From NCBI GenBank assembly GCA_000165345.1, contig CM000434.1, forward strand, positions 1,088,001 to 1,152,000: a stretch of DNA of 64,000 nt. The letters are read 5' to 3'. Under the pieces are notes generated by a model. The model was not told where the DNA came from and ran no database searches. It worked only from the letters and a program-made list of their open reading frames with translations. Within the stretch, counting starts at the first letter, position 1. The number at the start of each line of letters is the position of its first letter. The position numbers and the translations under genes are program-made. This document shows, piece after piece, positions 55,594-64,000 of this stretch.

Positions 55594-56913
55594 TCAGAAA
55601 AATTGGCATTCTGACTCAACCAAACCAATTTTATCAAAAATTGCACATACATATTTTCCTATTGGAAGTCTATTGGATTTGAAAATTGTCCATCTCAAAA
55701 TTCTCAAATTGTGGGGAGCTAGATTATTACATGCATTCGGGTTTCCCGCGTATTCTTCGTGCACTTTTCCAATATTTTCAATAAGTATTCGATTATGAGG
55801 TGAGAGAAACCAATTATAGTCAATTTCTGTTGAAAATGCTCTTGTTGGTGGAGGCATGTAGAATGTTCCAAATCCTTCACAATGAACGCTTTTTGGGTAA
55901 TTGACATCGCATAAAAGCTGATTTGAGCAGTAGCCAAGGACGGTGTTAGTTTGTTTAATAGATTGTTTAGCGAGTGAAGTTACAACTGAAGATATATTTA
56001 GAGCCTTAGATACATACCTAATTAATCTCCCAACTATAAAGACCTTTTCTTTGACTTCTTTATAGTAATTATTAGAAAGTTCTTGAGCTTCAATAAAGTT
56101 ATGGGATCCCAGCAATGATGTAATTGGGTCAATAACAACTAGTTTGAGTCTTTTTAGTTCTTTTTGTTTGATTCTTGGTAGGTCATATAGTAGTTTTTGT
56201 AGTTGAGCACAATCATCTACAGTCACTACACAAATGTTCGAGAGGAGGAGTTCCAAATTATGACTAATTTCTGTTGAATATTGTGAGTTTTGAGTCATTT
56301 CAAGTTCTCCACACAATCTTTGAAAACATTTCTTCATGAAAATTGGATCAAAACTATTGTCGGTTGTTTGAATGTAAATAACTTGATATGGAGAAATTCC
56401 TTCTAACTCTGTTTCAACATTTAAGCTTTCTAATGTTGAGTTAAACATAGTATTTGATATAATCCAGTGAACAACCCTTCTGATAACTGGTAGATCATGC
56501 CCAAAAAGTTCAGTGGTTTCACCTGCAAGAAATCCTCCATCAAAAAAATCCATTAGTATATCGGATCCTAGGTTTATATGCGATCTTAAGTCTCCATTCT
56601 GGGACCAGTTTTCTCTAGCTTCCTCTAATAATTTTTTACCTGTTACAAATCCAGTTTCAATACCAATACCACAAAGGTTAATTTTTTGGTCTTCTGTGAC
56701 GTTATTAGGGAAGCATGTAATTTTTTCTCTACATTTTGAGTAAATCCTTGCTTCTTGAAAGCTTTTTAGCCCTTTTTTTCTTAGGTTATCTAATAAAAGC
56801 TGTGGAATTGTTTTTATATCATTTTTAACGAGCTCATTTTTTGTTTCCTCATCAAGTTCAAGAATGTCAAAGAGATCGTTGTTCTCTTTACTTTTACTGA
56901 AATCGTCAGGCAT
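55594..56913 (-). CDS. RecA/RAD51-family protein with degenerate Walker A (candidate RAD51 paralog)
   Basis: ATG at 56913. HINLGSDILMDFFDGGFLAGETTELFGHDLPVIRR matches the RAD51-family pattern TG...LD.LLGGGI..G.ITE.FGE.G.GKT, but the GKT/S is replaced by DLPVIR. The Walker B-like LKLVVIDPITSLLG and RLIRYVSKALNISSVVTSLAKQ correspond to L..LA.EF.VAVVITNQV. Confidence 0.4.
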   Translation of the reverse strand: MPDDFSKSKENNDLFDILELDEETKNELVKNDIKTIPQLLLDNLRKKGLKSFQEARIYSKCREKITCFPNNVTEDQKINLCGIGIETGFVTGKKLLEEARENWSQNGDLRSHINLGSDILMDFFDGGFLAGETTELFGHDLPVIRRVVHWIISNTMFNSTLESLNVETELEGISPYQVIYIQTTDNSFDPIFMKKCFQRLCGELEMTQNSQYSTEISHNLELLLSNICVVTVDDCAQLQKLLYDLPRIKQKELKRLKLVVIDPITSLLGSHNFIEAQELSNNYYKEVKEKVFIVGRLIRYVSKALNISSVVTSLAKQSIKQTNTVLGYCSNQLLCDVNYPKSVHCEGFGTFYMPPPTRAFSTEIDYNWFLSPHNRILIENIGKVHEEYAGNPNACNNLAPHNLRILRWTIFKSNRLPIGKYVCAIFDKIGLVESECQFF

Positions 56914-57518
56914 TGTAAAAATATCAAGTAATTATTTTGACCAGTTTTAGATACTTTTAATCTACTAGATAAGTCCATACATATATATACATATACATAA
57001 GTTTATTTATTATTTTGATTATTCCAACTTAACTCCTACTTATCCATTAAGTATAGTGGGGGAACGGTATAATTAACCAAAAGTTTATGAAAAAATTACC
57101 CATAAAAAAAAAAAATCAACAATTAACTGGAAGACTCAATTATAGTTTATTTTGATCTTAGAAAGATGCCACCAGATTCATTAATAAATATTTTCTATCC
57201 ACATGAAGTGTCAAATTTGCATGGTATATTTTATGCATGCAAACACCGGTATAGGAATGTGTGCAATAATGTGGACAAATAAATAATAATAGATTAAAGA
57301 ATATAATTAAATATTTAAAGAAAATTTTTCGTTAATAATGACTAATCATGAAAGTTATAATATGAATCTTTAATTGATTTTAAAAAATGCATATTTTCAC
57401 ATAAATTAAAAAGAGGTAATTATTTTTCAATTAGAAAATTCAATAAGCAAGCTCGCAAAAATGTTTAAATAAATCAGTCAAATTTAGCAATTAGTATGAA
57501 AAGTTGGAATTACTAGTA

Positions 57519-59096
57519 ATGATGAGCAAAAAGGAGTTTGAGCGTTTACAAGCAGTTATTTTAGTATGTTTATTATATTTATGTATCCATGTTGAAGGAA
57601 ATGGCAGAAATGTAACAGGATTTGTACCAGAATTTAGGAATTCAAGAAGAGAGCCAATTCTTACAAGAGCACCTCCGGTTACAATACTTGGAGATCCAAG
57701 CATATCACTAACTATTCCAGCAAGAAAAGTTTGTTATAAGGGCTCATTTGATTCGAAGTATAATTCGTGTACTTATATAGATAAGAATGATGAGGCAGTT
57801 CCAATTTATAAGGTAAGTAATATGAAGGATTTCCAACTAATATAAATTTAATAACAAAATGGAAATTAATATTTCTTTGTAAAGCCTTGTATAGGTAATT
57901 CAACATTGGTAGATGGATATTGCATTGGAACAATGATTTCAGATTACGAAAAGTATTGTCATGGATAGTAAGTGCAATTGAAATGAATTATGAGATTTGG
58001 TTAATTCAGGTAAATTAAAGCTTTAGATTGAATAATGAGGATTTATGCATAAATTACTCAACCTATACTCCGCCTAGAAGGATTTGCCCTGAAGGATTTG
58101 AGTTGAAATCGGTAGGTCAACAACAATTGCAAGTTAAAAGGTGTGTGAGGAAATTGTATTCGAGACCAATAAAAATTCCTGTAACGGATTCTTTGGGAAG
58201 AGAAAAGTATAAAACAGAATGTAGTCACAAAGATAATAAGTATTGCCCAATAGTTAGGGCACCACAACCTGCTAAATATGTAATGCAATGCCCTAAAGGC
58301 GCAAAGTTAGTTAGTTCTTTTGATAACTCAAAAGCAACATGCGAAACCAAAGTAACAGTTGTTCCAGACTTTGATAGAAGATGTGGGGGAGAGCAGTCTG
58401 GGTGGTTTTGGGATGGGGAATTAAATGTATGTTTAAAACTAAGAACACATGAGCCAAAGTTACGCTGCCCACATCCAAGACCAAAATTAGGGATGGAAAT
58501 AGGAAATTGGGATACACCAGAATATGAACCTCATCCAATATATACATGTTTGGCAAATAGAGCTAGAGCAATAGTAAAGGGTAAGTGTGTAAATATATTC
58601 AGTTAATTAATTTATACAAATATTTCAAAAAACAAATTTCAGGTTGCCCACCTGGTTACACGTTAAAAAAAAGAAAGTGTTTCAGACTTATTAGGCTTCC
58701 TTATGAATTGGATTGTGAGCATGCTGAAGGGTAAGTTTTAATTAATATGTTCTTAAACAATAGTTAAAATCACATCAAACTATTTACTCTTCTTATTTCT
58801 TCCCCACTATTTATATTTCTAGGTTCAAGTTTGAATATGACGCCTCTACAAAAAAAGCAGTTTGTAGATTCAAATTTAATCAGCAGGACTACATTGGTCT
58901 TCCAAGTTATCCTTCTTCAAGAGAAGCATTGACTTCCCATAAAATATTTAAGCATGCTAATATTGAGGATATAATTCGGGCATATCAGCAAGGTACTTTA
59001 AATATCAGGACAATAGAGGAGGAACTAGTAAAAGAATACGACCTATTGGCAAAAATGGAACAAGGAAAGGAGCAAGTTGAACGCCCAGAAGAGTAA
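57519..59096 (+). CDS. secreted cysteine-rich protein with CPxG[F/Y]-type repeats (possibly oocyst-wall-protein/COWP-like); 5 exons
   Basis: Model join(57519..57812, 57885..57967, 58021..58580, 58643..58730, 58823..59096), about 432 aa. Exon 1 is MMSKKEFERLQAVILVCLLYLCIHVEG (signal peptide)...VPIYK, then GTAAGT at 57813. Exon 2 is PCIGNSTLVDGYCIGTMISDYEKYCHG, then GTAAGT at 57968. Exon 3 begins after aaAG at 58019-58020 and contains ICPEGFELKSVGQQQLQVKRC, QCPKGAKLVSSFDNSKATC and CPHPRPK. Exon 4 is GCPPGYTLKKRKCFRLIRLPYELDCEHAEG. Exon 5 is a 90-codon open frame ending EQVERPEE. Phases were checked (0, 2, 1, 2). The ORF track lists only fragments 57504..57845 and 58028..58606. Confidence 0.45.
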
Positions 59097-59173
59097 TACT
59101 CATATTAATCGTTATTTAAATAATTCATTATACTAGTATTTATACATTTAGAATAATATAAAGATAAACTGTC

Positions 59174-59188
59174 TGGCGCCGGCGGGAA
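59174..59188. promoter_or_regulatory. ctggcgccggcgggaatg E2F-like GC cluster upstream of the DEAD-box helicase gene
   Basis: The cluster is 70-85 bp upstream of the ATG at 59258. Confidence 0.4.
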
Positions 59189-59257
59189 TGCATAACTGTA
59201 AAAGCTGACATTAATTATTTATTCGAAGGCGAAATAAAGAGGAGAGAGAAAATAAAG

Positions 59258-60889
59258 ATGTGGAGTTCTTTAGAGTTAAGTAGGCCTTTATTAAAGGCAT
59301 TAAGCGATTTGAACTTTGTAGAAGCAACGTTAATTCAGAAGGAGGTAATTCCATTGGCATTATCGGGAAGAGATATTATGGCTGAGGCAGAAACAGGAAG
59401 CGGAAAGACAGCAGCATTTTTATTACCTGCATTGGAAAGATTATTGAGGTCACCATATGTTCGAAATTCCAGGGTATCATCATTGGGAAGAGTTGGTGGA
59501 GCAGTTGGTACAAAGGTGTTGGTATTATTGCCAAGTCGTGAACTAGCAATGCAATGCTTTGGAGTATTAGAATCTTTGACAAAATATTGCCCAGTGATAA
59601 CCAGGGCAGTAGTAACAGGTGGGATGAATATTCAACAGCAAGAAAGAATACTTAAATGCCAACCACATATTGTTATAGCAACACCAGGAAGAATTTTGGA
59701 TATGCTATTAAATACATTAAGCATACAGTTAGAATTATTGGAAATAATTATATTGGATGAAGCTGACAGATTATTGGATATGGGGTTTCGTCAAGAATGT
59801 TTGGAAATTCTTAAATATTCATCTAGAACTCGCCAGACAATGTTATTTTCAGCAACATTAAGTAGAAGTGTAACAGATTTAGCTTTATTGGCTCTAAATA
59901 ATCCATGCAAAGTATCTACAGTTGGTCTCAAATCAGGGATCAAATCTGTAGGAAGTTCAGGAGAATCAGAATTATTATCTATTACAGGTTTATCATCAAC
60001 ATTAGAACAAGAATTTCTTGAGATTACTAAAGAAGAAGAAAGAGAAGGCGCTTTGTTTTATATTTTAAATAAGATATTTACAAAAAGGGTTATAGTCTTT
60101 TTCCAAACTAAAAAAGAAGCTCATAGATGTGCAATTTTAGGAAATATTTTTGGATTATCATCAACAGAGTTACATGGATTCTTACCACAAGAAAAACGTT
60201 TAGAAAATTTTTCAAAGTTTAAATCTGGACAAGTTGATATTTTATTTGCTAGCGAACTAGCAGCAAGAGGATTGGATGTACAAGATGTTTCTGCAGTTAT
60301 CAATTTCACTATTCCATTAGAAGCTTCTAGATATATTCATAGAGTTGGAAGAACTGCAAGAATTGGATCTAAAGGCAATTGCATTACAATTTACACTCGA
60401 AGCGAAAGAAGCCAGTTAAAAGCTTTAATGAAACAGGTACTAAGAGCAGGTAATAAGTCTTCTGTTGCAGGAAGAGACACAAAAGAAAATGTATCTTCAA
60501 TTATGAAGAAGAGAACTCTTGCTACTAATAACATTAATCAATGGGTTGAGAAAATATCTAATTCTGAAAAACAAGTCAAAGATGCAATAAAAGCAGATAT
60601 TACAGAAAAAGAACTTAGAATTGCTGAGATGCAAGTAAATAAAGCGCAAAATATTCTTTTACACAAAAAAGATATTGAATCCAGGCCAAGAAAAAAGTGG
60701 ATAAAAAGCAAAAAAGAAAAGGATTTAACTAGAGAATCTGCAAAAAAGGATTTATTAAAATCTTGTTCTTCACTAATTGGCCAACATTCGGCATTTAATC
60801 AAGTTAAGAATACTCTTCAAAATGATTTAAAATCCAGTAACAAAACGGTTACTAATAAAAACAAAAAAAGAAAATTATCACAAAAATGA
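59258..60889 (+). CDS. DEAD-box ATP-dependent RNA helicase, DRS1/DDX27-like (ribosome biogenesis)
   Basis: ATG at 59258. The Q-motif region ([16 protein letters not shown]), motif I [17 protein letters not shown]-like [31 protein letters not shown] (compare Drs1/DDX27 [25 protein letters not shown]), motif [15 protein letters not shown], SAT (LFSATLS) and [13 protein letters not shown] are all present, with a K-rich C-terminal tail. Confidence 0.75.
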   Translation: [543 protein letters not shown]

Positions 60890-61151
60890 ATATAATTTTA
60901 TCATTCTAGTTTTAATTAATTTATATTAATTCTTAAAGTTTATTTTTTCTTCTCATTATTATGATTATTCTTTAAACCCTGATTTGTCACTTTTACCGTT
61001 TTATTACGTGGCATTTTTTCTGATATATTATTATCCACATTAATTCCAAATGCATGCATGCATGCAAAAAACACGTAATTATAGGTTAACAATTATTCAG
61101 TTTCTTTATTATTATATTTTGAAAAATTTTTAGATAACTTAATTAATTTCA

Positions 61152-61454
61152 TTATCCAGATAAAGCGTTATTAATGTTGTTAAACTTAATATGTACTTTT
61201 CCAATAGAAGCATTATATTCAAACCATACAATTAAGAATAGATTTTTAAAGTGCGTGTGACCAATGATAAATTTCCCATTAGAACTTTCTAAATAAAAGT
61301 CTTTAATAGTGTGATTATTAGAATTATATTCGTTAAAAGAGCTAACTAATACTGAAGAAATATGTTTAATTTGTGAATTTGTTTCTGAATTTTCTTTTTT
61401 CATTCCCAAAGAAAAAATACCTCCTTCTTTATTTACTAAGCTAAAGTAAAACAA
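61152..61454 (-). CDS. small hypothetical protein with a sybindin/longin-like N-terminus; probably an incomplete model
   Basis: The ORF begins on TTG (FYFSLVNKEGGIFSLGMKKENSE...). The only in-frame ATG gives an 84-aa product. The N-terminus resembles the start of TRAPP sybindin/Bet5-type longin folds (MAIFSVYVVNKAGGLIY). An upstream micro-exon carrying the ATG could not be found. Confidence 0.25.
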   Translation of the reverse strand: MFYFSLVNKEGGIFSLGMKKENSETNSQIKHISSVLVSSFNEYNSNNHTIKDFYLESSNGKFIIGHTHFKNLFLIVWFEYNASIGKVHIKFNNINNALSG

Positions 61455-62270
61455 TTTAGTTATTTGCTTGTTTCCTTAAAGAAATATGATTAGCCTCCTT
61501 GAATATATTTTAAATATGTCAAATAATAGTGTTGAAGTCCTGTGAAATATAACTAAAAATAATCCCAAAATTTCATTTGGAATTTTGTTATTTTTAACTG
61601 AAATATATCCCACCCAAAAAAATTATTTATTGTAAGGATAATATTTCCAACACATACACACACAACCTCTCAAAGCTTTTGATTTGTAGGATTCAAAGAA
61701 TTATTGAAATAAATATTTATATTTATTTAATATTTATAAATACTTATACAATATATATTATTCTGTTGATAGAGAAATGGAGACAACCTAGCTCAAACTT
61801 ACATTATTGCTTTTATTTCATCACTTTCACAAATTTCTCGATTTAAAAGTTCATTCAAGTTTTTTGAATTGATCATTTTTTATTTATTATATTACCATTT
61901 TTTCTTCAATATTGAAAAATGGCCCAAAATTCCCGCCAAAATTTTTATATTTTCAAGTTAAATCAAATATGCATGCATACATGCATATTACATGTATATT
62001 AACAAAAAATTAATTTTTCAAAATAAAAAGAAAACAATAATAAACAATAATAACTAAACAATTGATTATATTTATTCCAATACAAATGTTTATATTGAAT
62101 TTGTTCTTCTTCTATTACAATAATAAATTTCTTTTATTATTGTAGATTCAACAAATTATTTTAATATTAAATTTCATCATGAATCTTTTGGCGGGAACGT
62201 CCAACATAGAAATCAGAATAACAGAAAAAATAAATTTAAAACTTTACAGAATATTAAATCAAATGGTATC

Positions 62271-62285
62271 GAGACGAGACGAGAC
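62271..62285. repeat. (GAGAC)3 pentanucleotide repeat
   Basis: gagacgagacgagac sits in an AT-rich intergenic region. Confidence 0.7.
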
Positions 62286-62603
62286 AAATAACAATACAAG
62301 ATTTTTCTTCTTCATATTGGCAGAATTAATTTTTTTTACTTGATAGTGATTTTTTTAAATTATAACTAACGAATCTAATATATAGGTATAAATTTTGAGC
62401 ATATTTTTGGTGGATTTACTATAGGAAATTTGACTTCATAAAAATCTCTTTGAGACTGCGATAAGCTTGATAAATGACTTCCTCAGCTAAATAAGTATTT
62501 CAAATATGTTTTTTCTTTCCTTTCTTACTTTTCTCCTCTTTCTCTCACTTTCCTTCTTCCCTTCTTTCTCTCCCCATTCTATTTAGCTAATCCTTCCAAT
62601 CAT

Positions 62604-64000
62604 TCATGAATCTAACCTACCAAATTCATTTTCTTCAACATCTCTTGCTTCTCTTGAAACCCCAATTTCCTTTTCTTCATCATCATCCTTTTCTTCCTCT
62701 AAATCTTTAGAAGATGATTGAGCCTGGTTTACCTTTTCTTTAATTGCAGTGATAGAAACTGGGATTATTGAGGCTGCTCCATCTGATGAAGATACTTGAA
62801 TCTGGCCTTTGAAGGTTTGATCTTCAAAAGTTGAGGGAATTACAGCTTTCCAACCAACTTTGTAAATCATTTGAGCTCTTTGTAAAGGAGGAACAATTGT
62901 CTCACTAAGTTGAAACCAAGGAACCTTTGGATTCTCTGGATACAATTCTATTGAAAATTCTGATGTAGGAAACTTTTCAGTACATGGTATTCCAACTCCT
63001 AAAGATATTAATATAGAAATTAGTTAGTTAATTCTGTTTCTCTATTATTTAAAAAAAAACTTAATATAACTTACCTCTTATCCCATCAATACTTTCCCAT
63101 CCAAGCATTGTTGAAGATGAAATTCTACTAATTGCCAAACTTCCTTTCTCTGAGGATGAAATTCCTCTAGAATCTTCTAAATCCTCCCAGGGAATACTCA
63201 AATAATTGAATTTCACTGATCCATTACTGTTCAACACACATTGAAATGTTGCTGATTTTGAATTGTATTGTTCAGATTTTAGAAATACATTTCTCCATTC
63301 TATTACAAACTCCCACCTCCTTTTCTTCCCCTCTTCCTTTTCTTCTCCATCATCCTCTTCTTCATACTCTAGTCTTTCCTCTCTTCTATATCTACTACCA
63401 ACTCCACTACCAAATCCTCCTCCAAAATCTTCCTCATCTTCTTCAGTCTTTAAGAATGTCACAATTTTCGTATTCTCTCTTCTTCCTCTTGTTGTGAAAT
63501 CTGTCCATAAAGGGGCTAAAATACCATGAGGAGGAGCATATGAGGGTAATGCTGGTACAAATGCTTCACTATATATTGGACTGAAAGAAATAAATCCATT
63601 TACTGAGACATAAATCTCGTCAATCTTCTCCCCAAGAAAGTACCAACTTCTTGGAAGATTTACTTTTTGCACTCCATCATCTGAGTTAGATAAGTCTGTG
63701 AGAATTGTTTCTTGATTAATTCCAATATTTACCCAATCAAACTTTACATTAGCCTTGGGTAAAATCACATCATCTAAAGATACATATAACTTATTTTTAC
63801 CTTCTTCAGAATCCATTCCTTCTAATCTATGAATAATCCTCTTCTTAGAAGGAAGATTCTCTCCAGAAAGAACCATCTTAAAGTAAGATTTTGATGGAGA
63901 TAGATCTTTAATAGAAGTATTACTTCTTGAATAGTCTTTTCTTTTACTTTCTCTTTCAAATCCTGTTGAACTTGGATCTCTTAAAGACTTAAATCTTAAG
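62604..64000 (-). CDS. hypothetical protein with acidic C-terminus; 2 or more exons; 5' end probably beyond the window end
   Basis: Model join(complement(63075..64000), complement(62604..62998)). The minus-strand frame is open from the window end (...FERESKRKDYSRSNTSIKDLSPSKSYFK MVLSGENLPSKK...). A possible internal ATG is at 63876. Donor GTAAGT is at plus 63069-63074 and acceptor tctttAG at plus 62999-63000. Exon 2 is GVGIPCTEKFPTSEFSIELYPENPKVPWFQ...DLEEEKDDDEEKE. No domain recognised. Confidence 0.45.

Overview
This window reads as a eukaryotic nuclear chromosome segment, most consistent with an apicomplexan of the Cryptosporidium type. It is AT-rich and gene-dense, with roughly 30 protein-coding genes on both strands, about one gene per 2 kb, and short intergenic regions. 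Introns are short (about 50-180 nt) with GTAAGT...AG boundaries. GGCGGG/GGCGCC (E2F-like) and GCATGC motifs recur in upstream regions. Almost all genes are conserved housekeeping genes. These are a myosin, glutamine synthetase, RNA polymerase III subunit RPC34, PIG-H, RAE1, RPL26, RPS8, a GT34 glycosyltransferase, SPT5, SF3A3, RFT1, a SAC3/GANP-domain protein, an ABCB transporter, MRD1/RBM19, TFIIE-beta, two tandem TVP38/DedA paralogs, SF3B1, beta-tubulin, CWC2, a B-box/coiled-coil protein, a divergent RAD51 paralog, a DDX27/DRS1-type DEAD-box helicase, and several hypotheticals. I could not recognise any rRNA, tRNA, transposon, CRISPR array or prokaryotic-style defence locus. The supplied ORF track is prokaryote-style: it allows TTG/GTG starts and ignores splicing. 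At least 11 genes needed spliced models, which I built by eye; exon coordinates are given in each evidence field and junctions should be treated as approximate. The most novel-looking items are: (1) a 5-exon secreted cysteine-rich protein with CPxG[F/Y] repeats; (2) tandem TVP38/DedA paralogs behind a 2.4 kb AT-rich upstream region; (3) a RAD51-family protein with a destroyed Walker A motif; (4) a Cys-rich insertion in TFIIE-beta; (5) long AT-rich intergenic regions that may hold unannotated ncRNAs. I see no previously undescribed 'system' here; this looks like an ordinary core-chromosome region.
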